Source of the DNA: Octopus bimaculoides | Lineage: Eukaryota | DNA length: 35,324 nt | Assembly (NCBI RefSeq): GCF_001194135.2 | Contig: NC_068991.1 | Location: forward strand, 29,279,375-29,314,698 | Direction: 5' to 3' | Part shown: positions 11,626-23,573 of the stretch, in pieces | Layout of the letters: every line of letters begins with the position of its first letter | How positions within the stretch are numbered: the stretch's first letter is position 1 | The notes under the pieces: generated by a model | Databases searched by the model: none | The model's input: only the letters and a program-made list of their open reading frames with translations | What the model was told of the DNA's origin: nothing | Translations under genes and position numbers: made by a program

Positions 11626-11894
11626 GTTCCTAGTAATTAGATCAGTATTGATCCTTTCTGCAATATAGAAAGGAGCGTTGTGTGCAAAAAAAAAAAAAAA
11701 TACTATGTAGGAAGCTTGTCGCGTAAATACTTTCTTATAAAAACGACATGAAGGTACGTAAATTCGACTAAAAATTAAAAACCTGTAACCATATCAATCT
11801 GATCTCAGATATATAATATCCCAACGTAATTGTCTGTAAGTATACCAATACCTTTTAAGCTACACTTTGCTTTGATATTAAATCGCAGCGAATT

Positions 11895-12320
11895 AAGGCG
11901 AGCTGACAGAAACGTTAGCTCGCCGGGTGAAATGCTTAGCAGTATTTCTTCTGTCTTTGTGTTCTGAGTTCAAATTTCGCCGAGGTCGACTTTTCCTTCA
12001 TCCTTTCGGGGTCGATAAATTAAGTACCAGTTGCGTAGTGGGGTAAATCCAATCGACTGGTCTCCTCCCCAAAAATTTCGGGCCTTGTGCCTAGGGCAGA
12101 AACGGATTAAATCGTAGCGAGCTGGCAGAATTGTTAGCACACCTGACATAGTGCTTAGCGGCATTTCGCTTGTCTTTGCGTTCGGAGTTCAAATACCACT
12201 GATGTGGGCTTTGCATCTCATCCTTTCGGGTTCAGTAAAATAAATATCAGTTGAGCACTGGGGTCAGTGAAATCAACTAGCCTCCTCCCACAAAATTTCA
12301 AGTATTGTACTTATTGTAGA
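11895..12320 (+). mobile_element. Head-to-tail dimer of octopus-type tRNA SINE
   Basis: ggcgagctgacagaaacgttagc...ctgagttcaaat...gggccttgtgcc, followed within a few bases by gcgagctggcagaattgttagc...ggagttcaaat...aaaatttca. Confidence 0.85.
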
Positions 12321-12649
12321 AGTTGAGAACATTAAGAGATATATGAATATATTCAAAAAGGAAGGAACCGAAACACCTTTTGGAAGTTAAACAATATTTC
12401 TAATAAACTCATACATAATATTATTATCGTAAACAGAAAGACTAGAGTACAAATTGATAATGATGTAAAGTTTAGATAAAAATTATAGCTAATTAATTTT
12501 AATCAAATTACAAATTAAAATCGATAAGTAAATTTGAAGCAATATTGATTGTATTATTAATTAAGCAATATTAACAGTAAGATTAGAAACCAAACTATAG
12601 CAGTATTGTATGTAATTTTCTACGTAATATTGATGTGATGACACATCCT

Positions 12650-13200
12650 CGTAATGTCAAGGAAGCGTGTTCTATTCTTTGTACCATACTTCTGGTAGAG
12701 GGAGCACGGGATTTTGCTACAGAACCCCAGACACAAAATTAGAACATCAGTATCCTCAGCACTAATAACAACAGCATAGTGCAGGAGTCGCATGCCAGTT
12801 TCTTTTTGTGATGACTTTAACTCAGAGGCTTCCTCTCACCTTTCTGTCGTGATTTTGAAGCAGAAGTATTGCAAAAGACCTTTGTCCCCCAGTTTTGCTC
12901 TGTATGTTGGTCCCTTCCATTCATCCACCAGGAACTTTATCAGACTTGCTTTGTTGGAAGGGATGCTGAACAACTTACGCCACTACTGGATAGTGTGCCC
13001 AAGTACTATGCTTCTGAAGTCGATTCCTGTTTCTGATCCCCTATTAATCCTTTGTGCATTTTTTTTTATGGATGTTTCCTTGTAAACATCAATGACAACA
13101 TCAGTACAATGAATATGGGCTCCTTCGTGGAGAACATACGTTTCGTCACTTCTTTTCAGTCTCTGTACCAAGCTCATCTCGTCAAATCTGTTTTCTCAGG
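12650..13200 (-). pseudogene. Degenerate fragment of a PIN/XPG-like (EEADT...EDTDV family) repeat-encoded protein
   Basis: Minus strand reads MSLVQ...DVVIDVYKETSIKKNAQRINRGSETGIDFRSIVLGHTIQ*WRKLFSIPSNKASLIKFLVDEWK...EEASELKSSQKETGMRLLH...VVISAEDTDVLILCLGFCSKIPCSLYQKYGTKNRTRFLDI, with stops and indels. Family recognised from motif memory; TE class uncertain. Confidence 0.6.
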
Positions 13201-13859
13201 GCACTATGAAATTCAACCATGGTGATTGTTTTTGCATTCCAGGATTGCAGAAACAGGTGTGGTTCGAGCGATGTTAACGCGACTTCTTCCAGGAAGATGA
13301 GTCAACCCTTCGGGGCCATCTCATTTTCCAGTCAGAGGCTTGATGAAAAATAGAAAACGGATCCCCCACCTGTAACGCATACGTTTGGAGTCTTGTCACT
13401 TTCCCTTAGAAATTTGATTCCTTTTGGTTGTCGTTTAATGCAATTAATTATCTGGAGGTCTATCTAATTTCTGAAAAGATCTTGTCATGCCTCAATTGAT
13501 ATCGGCCTTCTTTCAATGGTGTTAGCCGTAGGAACGTGATTATAATAACATGATTATGGTAATGTGTTGCCTACTAGTCTAGAGTAGGAATTTTTAGAAT
13601 GAAAAAGAATTAATTCATGGGATAAGATATCATCTAATTCCGTGACACCTTTAAATAGAATTATTATCAGCCATTTTGAAATAATTATAAAAGCGCATTA
13701 CATGATAAGTCATGTTTCTCCAGGTTAATCATATTTCTTGTTAAATAAAGATGGAAGATTTAAAAACATTTTTTTATTCATCATGCGGTTGTCGACTAAT
13801 TAATCCCAGCATGTGATACGAAAGTCTTTGATTCAATAAAATAACGAAGGGTCATTGGT

Positions 13860-14680
13860 TAGTGTTATGGCAGCAGTACACTGCAGTAGTGTGTGTCTGT
13901 TTGGTGCCGAGTCCTCTTCGAGGACCAAAGTGCGCCTTGCAAGTGCTCATTCGCCCATGGTGGTATTTCAGTTTCCAAAATGTCGCTAATGTATCGTTGA
14001 GTGTTGATCTTAACACCCGAGTGCACAAAAACCTTGGAGAGACCTTCCAGTGGCTGTCACCGCCGCCCAAACTATAACTGACTTTGTCATCGATTTACGA
14101 GTCTACCCTCGACGGAGCCAAATACACTCCAAAGTTGATAATTCTGGGGGTTTACTGTCTGTTCGATGTCAAAAATTTTCACCAGTGAATACCAGATTGA
14201 GCAGCGTGCCTTCAGCTATCTGACGCAGCATAAGACAACTTTTCTCCAGTCTCTTGGCCTTATAAACTTGCGCGAGCTCATGACGACGGATCATCTTATA
14301 TGGGTGGGTCCTGAGATTCTCCTTCAGCACTTGATACATCGATGTTCGGCTTACTTTTGCTGTGGCAGCTAGTTTTCTGGCGGAACCATAAGGATTTCAC
14401 CGTATCTTCTCTTTGGTACATTTGATAAACTGAGTGGTCCGCACACTTCTTTTTCGGCTACGTCCAAGTCGATCAGCGGTGGAACCAATCTCTTGAAATT
14501 TCTTGACAATTTTCCAGACTGTTCGGTTAATTTTAACCTTTTTCGCTACAACTGTATTACTTTCGCCTCTTTTGTGGAGATTTATGATTTTATTTCGGTC
14601 TATAGCCATTATCCAATTTATAAATATGAATTCATTCAGTTTGAAACAAAAAGAAGATATACTAAGCTTTTATAATTATA
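13860..14680 (-). mobile_element. Tc1/mariner superfamily transposase remnant, probably maT (DD37D)-like
   Basis: MAIDRNKIINLHKRGESN...VWKIVKKFQEIGSTADRLGRSRKRSVRT (HTH), then SARKLA...LVFTGEKIFDIEQ...NPQNYQLW (from SDEK), VFVHSGVKINTQRYISDILE...DSAP. Truncated before the third catalytic residue; the 5' end runs into a gap. Confidence 0.75.
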
Positions 14681-15149
14681 TNNNNNNNNNNNNNNNNNNN
14701 NNNNNNNNNNNNNNNNNNNNNNNNNNNNNNNNNNNNNNNNNNNNNNNNNNNNNNNNNNNNNNNNNNNNNNNNNNNNNNNNNNNNNNNNNNNNNNNNNNNN
14801 NNNNNNNNNNNNNNNNNNNNNNNNNNNNNNNNNNNNNNNNNNNNNNNNNNNNNNNNNNNNNNNNNNNNNNNNNNNNNNNNNNNNNNNNNNNNNNNNNNNN
14901 NNNNNNNNNNNNNNNNNNNNNNNNNNNNNNNNNNNNNNNNNNNNNNNNNNNNNNNNNNNNNNNNNNNNNNNNNNNNNNNNNNNNNNNNNNNNNNNNNNNN
15001 NNNNNNNNNNNNNNNNNNNNNNNNNNNNNNNNNNNNNNNNNNNNNNNNNNNNNNNNNNNNNNNNNNNNNNNNNNNNNNNNNNNNNNNNNNNNNNNNNNNN
15101 NNNNNNNNNNNNNNNNNNNNNNNNNNNNNNNNNNNNNNNNNNNNNNAAG

Positions 15150-17095
15150 GAACCTGTAAGTCGTGATGGTGTTGGTGGCTTTCGAAGAAAAGTATTAAAG
15201 GAAGGAAGCAAACAAAATAATAGAACAGAGTTAGTAGTGATATATTCTAAAAATAGAGTTAAACCTATTTTAAAGATGGTAGAAGGGGGACCAGTTTGAT
15301 AACTCGAGTTGGTTGGGGTTACCTATAGGGAGTTGTGGGAGTACGTTGTGTGGTCATTTGTGCATTTGTGTCTGTGATAGAATTTGAATGTATGGAAAAA
15401 ACGGTGATTACAGGTGCTAAGTGCTTCGTTATATCGATTAAGTAGAGTGGGAGAATTGTATTTTAAAATATAGAACGCCTCCTTTAAGCAAAGCTTGCAA
15501 TTAGAGCGCTAGCCCTGGTATGGAATTCCAGAGTCCAGAATGGACCATTTTAAAGTATACTGGATATTTGTGTTTTTGAGGTGGTGAACGTGGTTGACTA
15601 GTTTTTGTAGATTTGCTGTGTTTGTCATATCTAAAAGAGTGAAGGTGGGCTGCATAGCGTTGCTTGAAATTTTTAGTTGAACCTATGTATGCAGCTGTAG
15701 AATTATGTAGCAGATAGCTTACAGTGCATTTATATATTACGTTATATCTTACACAATGCGTTTGCAGCGGGCGGATTGCCCCAGAGCGACAGTTACAAAT
15801 AGATGAAACTTGGGGGTTGTGTTCTGTGGTGGATGAGGCAATATTGTTGGAGGATATGTTGAATGAGGATGCAGAAGAATCTAGATCAATGAAATCATTA
15901 CTGTTATAGTTATTATTCCCTCCATTGTTATTATTGTAGGATATAGTAATATTATTTCCGGGTATACTAGTGGGCTGGGATCTATTATGGTCGTGTTCAA
16001 GTGTACGAGTGTCAGTGTTAGATGTACGTATATGAATGTCTATGTTGGGTATATGCATGCACTGAGTGCTAGTATTGCCATAATTGTAGTTGAGTGAGTT
16101 TTGATAATAAAGTGAGAGTTTATGTTTATTAGAAGTTGCTATAATAGATTCGAAGCTAGGCGTGGTTGAGTAAGACAATTCAAAGTGGATCCGTTAAATA
16201 TAGAATGGTATTTATGTTGTCGGGGGAAGTTAAAGTCAAGTATTTTGAAGAAAAATTTAGCTAAGTTTTTAGTGTTAAGTGAGAATNNNNNNNNNNNNNN
16301 NNNNNNNNNNNNNNNNNNNNNNNNNNNNNNNNNNNNNNNNNNTGTACCACACTATAGAGCGGCCACCGCTTTTTTTGGGGGTTCTGTGTACGTTGTAATC
16401 TAAGCATTTAGGTGGAGAAGAGTTGTCCACATTTTTGGTGTTGCTAATTGCTTTATTTATCTTGGATTTAGCCCTAGTGTTATAAGTGTGTTTGTGGGGT
16501 CTGTTGGAAACTGTGGGTGGTTGGTTGCGGATGTGATGATTGGTATGTCTTTGGGATGTGATTTGGGATATAAATTATTTAAGTCTGGTGTTATGGATGT
16601 ATTTTATTTGTTGGGAGAAACCACTAGCGGCGAGAGCTTGATTGTAGTATGGAGCGTGACTGTTGAAGATTTCTTCGGAAGAGGATAGATCAGATATGCG
16701 GGTTGAAATACCCATGACTTTGTTATCGAAAGTAGATTTGTGGTGATTAGAGTGAACGTTGAGGTATTTCAGGTATTGGTTAGGTTTATGATAGGGGGAG
16801 TATTGTGAGTTTGACAAGTTTAGAGTAACGTCTAGAAAGTTAGCCGTTTTATATGCGTTTTCAAATGTGATGGATAGATTTAGATTAGAGAAGAATTTGT
16901 GTAGATCCAGTCCTTTCCAGAAAAGATTTATTAATGGCCTTGGTAAGTAATAAGGCGTCGTCCCTATATAGACCTCCGCGGATATTAGGGAAATGTGAGC
17001 GCAGTTGGTGAAGTATATATAACCCAACTAAATCAGTGGCCTGAGCGGAATCGGATGATCCCATGGTTACATCGAATAAGTTGTTATAGTTATTA
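15150..17095 (-). mobile_element. 5'-truncated Penelope-like element (RT plus C-terminal GIY-YIG), Naiad-type signature
   Basis: Across frameshifts: FDVTMGSSDSAQATDLVGLYILH, GGLYRDDALL, NFLDVTLNL...YSPYHKPN...ISTRISDLSSSEEIFNSHAPYYNQALAASGF, LAKFFFKILDFNFP...SYSTTP, CNCR...C...NVIYKCTV...YIGSTKNFKQRYAAHLHSFR, LKEAFYIL...LLNRYNEALSTCNH. Confidence 0.85.
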
Positions 17096-17137
17096 TTATG
17101 TTGGTTAGCTCGGCACCAGAGCTATATATATATATAG

Positions 17138-17177
<40 letters not shown>

Positions 17178-17710
17178 NNNNNNNNNNNNNNNNNNNNNNN
17201 NNNNNNNNNNNNNNNNNNNNNNNNNNNNNNNNNNNNNNNNNNNNNNNNNNNNNNNNNNNNNNNNNNNNNNNNNNNNNNNNNNNNNNNNNNNNNNNNNNNN
17301 NNNNNNNNNNNNNNNNNNNNNNNNNNNNNNNNNNNNNNNNNNNNNNNNNNNNNNNNNNNNNNNNNNNNNNNNNNNNNNNNNNNNNNNNNNNNNNNNNNNN
17401 NNNNNNNNNNNNNNNNNNNNNNNNNNNNNNNNNNNNNNNNNNNNNNNNNNNNNNNNNNNNNNNNNNNNNNNNNNNNNNNNNNNNNNNNNNNNNNNNNNNN
17501 NNNNNNNNNNNNNNNNNNNNNNNNNNNNNNNNNNNNNNNNNNNNNNNNNNNNNNNNNNNNNNNNNNNNNNNNNNNNNNNNNNNNNNNNNNNNNNNNNNNN
17601 NNNNNNNNNNNNNNNNNNNNNNNNNNNNNNNNNNNNNNNNNNNNNNNNNNNNNNNNNNNNNNNNNNNNNNNNNNNNNNNNNNNNNNNNNNNNNNNNNNNN
17701 NNNNNNNNNN

Positions 17711-17846
17711 CAACAACAACAACAACAACAGCAACAACAACAACAACAATAACAACAACAACAGCAACAACAACAACAGCAACAACAACAACAATAACAA
17801 CAACAACAGCAACAACAACAACAGCAACAACAACAACAACAACAAC

Positions 17847-17897
<51 letters not shown>
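17711..17897. repeat. (AAC/AGC)n then (AAT)n microsatellite
   Basis: Directly visible; preceded by a gap (17178-17710) and a (TA)n run. Confidence 0.95.
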
Positions 17898-19424
17898 TCC
17901 TTGAGTTGCCAGAAGATGGATTTGGTATTCATGTTTATTTCGTACAATTGCCGTTTCGATCCACCCTGCTACTACTATCTCCTATGGGTGGGGGACTCCG
18001 TTCAGCATGTGTCGCATTCATCTTGCTGTCTGGTTCTCACCTAGAACATCCATACACAAAGTTGTTTCTCGCTAAATATCTTGAGTTTTGGCTATCATGT
18101 TGGTTAGGGAATGAAACATTGCTACAATTTTCGATTACTATTATCTTTCTATAATAAGAATTGGAAACATTTGTGAAATAGACAAATAACTGTTAATAAA
18201 AAAAGATGAATGTCGGGCAAGTGAGTGGATAGCTAGGGATGGATTGAGTTACACTGGGGTTTAAGACAAAGGAATGGTATTAGAAAAAGAAGGAAAGATA
18301 TATGCCGGCTAGAATGTCTAGGGGATGAAAGATTGTGTAGCTAGCTACCTAGCTTTGGTCAAGGATGTGTATACATACATTCACACTCCAACCCGCTCGT
18401 CCATAAACTCACACAAAGGATGTTGCACCACCCGCCCATATGGTCAATTTCGGCTGTAGTTCGTATAATTTATGATTGGAAGACAATCTCTCCACAAATC
18501 TGTCATCATAGTCACCATGGCGTGAAATGGAGGGCATCGTGCATTTGTTAGAAATACAAAGTGTTTTCTTGTATCTTCATGTGGTTGTTTTTTATTAACC
18601 TTTCAAATCGGGGCAGATTTTCTGCCGCTTTTGTACATACGTACCCAGCTACATATATACATCTACTTTTATATGCACACACGCGCGCACCCCCCACCCA
18701 CACAGGTGTACACACACACACACATACACACAGGCATNNNNNNNNNNNNNNNNNNNNNNNNNNNNNNNNNNNNNNNNNNNNNNNNNNNNNNNTATATATA
18801 TATATATATATGCGCATATACATATATATATATTCCCACACACATGCATGTGCGATCCACGTAATACCTCGCCCCACTCTCTCCACACACGCAGACACAC
18901 ATGTATACGTATATCTACACACGCCCATACGCACACATGTACGTGCACACATACACATACACATTCCTGCATCACGTTCATTTTTCGAGCAGTAACTAAT
19001 TGTTGGCATATATTATTATTATTATTATTAATGTACAGCTGCATTGTAAGGTTACATCTCTGAAATTATATGAAAATCCATATCTGCACACAAGCGTAAA
19101 GGCAAAGAAAGGCATATTTTAGCCTCTCTACATAATTCATCTGTTACGTTAGTCTAGAGGCTATGTTCCTACATGATACCTTTGGAAGGAGACAAAGAGT
19201 CACTTATGTATGCAAACTAAAAGATACTAGAACATAGCCTCTCCGATTCATTAATGTTTATCAAACATTTACATATTTTTTCTCCCCACATCGTTCGTAA
19301 TACTTCAATGTTATCTACTGTTTCTCTCTCCTATTGCTCTCTGTAACTTGTCTCTGGTTTCATCGATTTACGTGGATAAAGAGATACAAATAAATACCAC
19401 CCATGAATAGGCAGTTAGTCTCCG

Positions 19425-19570
19425 TAACTTACCGGTTCGTCAAAAGAGACCGACAGCATAAATATTAAACTTGAAAATTAAGATCTGGGCTCGATTTATT
19501 TCACTAAATCCCTTCAATGCGGTGCCCCTACATCGCCGCACTCTAATGACTCAAACGAATAAAAGATATA
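19425..19570 (+). mobile_element. 3' part of a related octopus SINE family
   Basis: ctgggctcgatttatttcactaaatcccttcaatgcggtgcccc...tctaatgactcaaac resembles the tail of a common octopus SINE variant (recognised from memory). Confidence 0.45.
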
Positions 19571-21222
19571 AATGATGCTTGACAAACTTGGAATTTGTTA
19601 AACATTTTCAAATCAATAAAAATTCCGTCTGAATCATAATTTTCCTGTGACATATTGGTTAACTAATCTTATGTCAAGTGTTTGCCTCTGAAGTTTTTAC
19701 TGTCAGTCAGTTTAGGGAAAAATAAATCAACATCCAGGTTGATACTGCTGTCCTTATGACTTTACAGCAAGCCTATCATTAGAACTCTCTCTCTCTCTCT
19801 ACCACACCGTACTTTCTTCCTCTTTTTCTTTCTTCCTTTCTTCCTTTCTCTCTCTCTTTCTTTCTTTCTTTCTTTCCTGCCTTCTCCCCCACTCTCTTGC
19901 GTTGTCTTTATATGTATGTCTGCATTTATGTATGTGTGTGTGTGAATGTCAGGTCACTCTTAGTGCCACAGGTAACATGTAACCCAGTGCAACCTTTTGC
20001 GCAGTCGGACCGACATCAACAAATCGGCAACCCTGGTTAATAACGTGGTTTTCTTTGGACACCCTGCAGGACGAAAAACAAACCTGTTAAATGACGAATT
20101 AACTCAGCAGAGTCAACAGTCAATGATCAATAGTTTATTGATGAGTATTGTTATAGCTCACATATAGGATGCGAAACAGCTCATTTTCTTAGCAGTCAAC
20201 GTTGTTTACAGCAGAATGTGTTAGACAGTCAACGTCCCCATCCAAAAAAAAAAAAAAAAAATAGTAAAAAGAAAATCTGAGGTCATCCTCTCTCTTCTAA
20301 CCACTTTCTTTGTACAAGAACAATAACTAATCCTAAGCCTCCCTATTCAGATATTTATGAAGTATCATTTCCAACGACTGCACTCGAGACGAGGAGATTC
20401 TAAGCAGCCTCAAACTGTCCTCTGTAACATTTGGAAGGTGCTAGTCTGTCATTTAAACCTTCATAATAAAGTTCTCATCCTCTGCACCGTTTGTGTCCAC
20501 TCTCCTGTATGGGTTCAAGGCGTGAACTACATACAGCCAAGTCATTAATACTCTGGAAGCCTTTAACATATCTTACAGCCATAAGGCTATTTCTAATCAT
20601 CTGGCGAGATAGTATTAAACACACAGTAATCATCTGTTATGTCAACACCAGGAATCATTGATTACACGATATACAGGTACGGGACATACAGTGTACGTAT
20701 TTGAATATTATCTCCCGTGTAGGACCCTCTAGAGTTGGCTATCCCATGGTCAAATTATGAATAAAGGGACTGAAAGTTGTACTGTAATAGTAGTTGAGTA
20801 GTTGTGATGGGACGAGGTACAGAAACGTCATCAGATTGTCACAAGAAACTGTTTTTCATTCTCCATTTCTTTCTCTCTCCCTTTCACTAATTCACATCTA
20901 CTCCCTCTCTTTCTTCTACGACACACGCGCGCGCGCACACATACACACACAGATGCACATGTATGTATATGTGTGTGTATATGTATGTGTGTCTATAAAG
21001 AGATGAAAGATAGAAAATGGAATTCACGAGACTTTATTCAAAACCACTACAATCGTTTCGACTCATCATGCACCCGTACCTTACAGGTGAGATGCTGTAA
21101 ATCAATTGTTATGCATTATACGTGCACGTGCTTCTCCTCAGGTGACTTTTCAAAGAAGTACCTCGATTTCTACTGGTCGCGTTACTTATTTCTAAAACAA
21201 CAGATTTTTAGTTAGTGTAGCG

Positions 21223-21417
21223 TTCACCTATCGCGGTTTATTATTTAAGCTTACGTCGATTCCTCCGTGATGTTGTTTTGCATTTATAATAAAATAAATA
21301 TATGCAAATTATAAAGATGATAAAAAAACAGTACAGTACTGTTTCTACTTTGCGAATTTTCACCTATCGCGGAGGCTTTTGAAACGCAACACCCGCAATA
21401 GTCGAAGGATTACTGTA
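21223..21417. mobile_element. Terminus of a pogo/Tigger-like MITE
   Basis: Reverse complement of 21417-21330 is TA-cagtaatccttcgactattgcgggtgttgcg..., a Tigger-type terminus next to TA. ttcacctatcgcgg occurs twice (21223-21236, 21359-21372). Partner TIR not found. Confidence 0.45.
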
Positions 21418-22784
21418 CATAAAATTAATTATAAGAAATTAAACCAGAAAATAATGACAGTTAGTGAGGACATACTCAGGGATAATTTATCTGACAAAGA
21501 CTAATAATAAGAAAATAGTCAAGCCTGTTCTAATAATTACAATGAAATTAATAAAGCAATCACCGGGATACCACCACTGACAGTGAATATGTTGATAATC
21601 TGAAAGTTGATAAAAGTCATAATAGAAGCGACGGACTTAACAAAATCCAATTATATATAGACACACATACACACAAATATAAAGAGGAAAGAACTTATAC
21701 ACATATACACGAATTTACTTATACATATATACACGAATTCACCTATACAAATATATACGTTTATATACACACACATATATATACGTACATATATACATAT
21801 ACGCCTGCACACACATACATACATACATACATACATACATACATACATACGTGCATGCATGCATACATTACCATTGCAGTGGCATGCATACATTACCATT
21901 ACAGTGTGGATGTGCCTCAATTTGCTGGAAATAAAACACTACATCTTCAAAGTCCAAGTAATTGGGGTTGTTCAATAAATAATTCCATTAATCCTTTCGA
22001 TGATAAGACGCCCTATATTGTAACTCCTAATAAAAGAACATAATAAACGTCCGTAATATGCAGATTCTTCAGACCCCTAGTATGTGCAATTGTGGCGGTT
22101 AACCGAGTCATTTTATTTAAATGTAGCTTCTCTCTAAACAATCTTTATGGGAAAGTGTTTATCTGCACATCTTGCTAAGTACCTCTCACCAAACCCCACT
22201 TTTCAATTCGTTTCATCTTCATTAAGTGAATACTAATTAAGAAATCTAACTTTTTCAATGACAGGCTTCAATATGCGAAAGATGCTTCATTTGAAAATGC
22301 TTACCGCACAGATTTTCTTGAAGTCAGGCAACACGTTTCTAATACACTTCCATCCTTTGTGGGTCTCGTCGATGCCCGCTATCTTCCGGAAAGTTGGTTG
22401 TGGTCATTCTGAACAGGACCATCTACTTATCTCTAATTCTAGCAATAGTAAAGTTGGTATGTGGATCTGTTTGAAACTCTCTTCTAAACTGTCTCTGCAC
22501 TTGGACTGCCTTTCTAAACTTTTAATTTTATAATTGCTTATAATTCAGTAAAGAGACTCTCTTTATTACAAAATACAGATCCCTTTTGAACGCATCTACA
22601 ACAAACGACATATCCACCACGGCCTTAGAATAACACAAACACACACGCAAATATTAAAAATGATACATTCAAGAGATTCCAGGAATTCATTAAAAAACAG
22701 TCTCAATCACACCTATAAACCATAACGAGTCACTTTTAGTTCACTTGACCATTTAACACCTTACTACTCTCATACTACCTACAT

Positions 22785-22901
22785 TTCTTCTTCTTCTTCT
22801 TCTTCTTCTTCTTCTTCTTCTTCTTCTTCTTCTTCTTCTTCTTCTTCTTCTTCTTCTTCTTCTTCTTCTTCTTCTTCTTCTTCTTCTTCTTCTTCTTCTT
22901 C
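22785..22901. repeat. (TTC)39 microsatellite
   Basis: Perfect run, inside the first copy of a diverged local duplication. Confidence 0.95.
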
Positions 22902-23573
22902 TCCGCCACCCCCTTCCTAACTTTACCACCATTGCTGTTTAGAATAACACTTACGCAAATTTCATAAACAAAATATCCACAAGAGATATTTCAGGAATTC
23001 AATCACTACCACCATCTACAACGGATCACGTTCAGGGCATTTAACAATTTAACATACGACTATCATGGCACACCCGCATTCTTCTTCTGCTCCTTGTATT
23101 TGAACACCATGCAAATATTCTTTTAAAAACTTTTCTTTTAATTTTTCCAAAATTTAATTGTTTTCCATACTTAGAGTTGAATAAAGGCTCAATGACAAAC
23201 GGGTACTGAAATGTTTTTTATAAAATTATTTTAGCATTTTCTACCTTAACTTTTTTTTTCCATATATATATANNNNNNNNNNNNNNNNNNNNNNNNNNNN
23301 NNNNNNNNNNNNNNNNNNNNNNNNNNNNNNNNNNNNNNNNNNNNNNNNNNNNNNNNNNNNNNNNNNNNNNNNNNNNNNNNNNNNNNNTATACGGAAAGGC
23401 AGGAGGATCCATGGGTGGAGAGTCATTGAACATAGAAAAGCTTGAACTGGGGCAAAAGAAGAGCAGCTCAACTGTCTGCTCTTTCAACCACATTACCACT
23501 TTATTTCAGTAAATTAGTTCTGACATCAAAATTTAAAAAAATAAATAACCAAGAATCGTAAATCACAGCTTAC

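Noticed and set aside
3050-12320. A-box/B-box motifs suggesting tRNA genes
   Set aside because: No cloverleaf or anticodon arm can be formed, and each motif is followed by SINE body and tail sequence.
17098-17947. Long ORFs spanning N gaps (also 14503-15211, 27395-28332 in off-frames, 30049-30939)
   Set aside because: Their length comes from N runs and simple repeats, not coding signal.
20340-20620. Minus-strand reading MIRNSLMAVRYVKGFQS... after an ag acceptor
   Set aside because: Stops after about 40 codons, with no recognisable family motif and no donor.
22305-22408. Minus-strand segment with cctgttcag acceptor and gtaagc donor downstream of exon 1b
   Set aside because: Spliced to 1b it gives E then stop at once, and no frame resembles SLC22. 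It could be a poison or cryptic exon, but the sequence gives no support.
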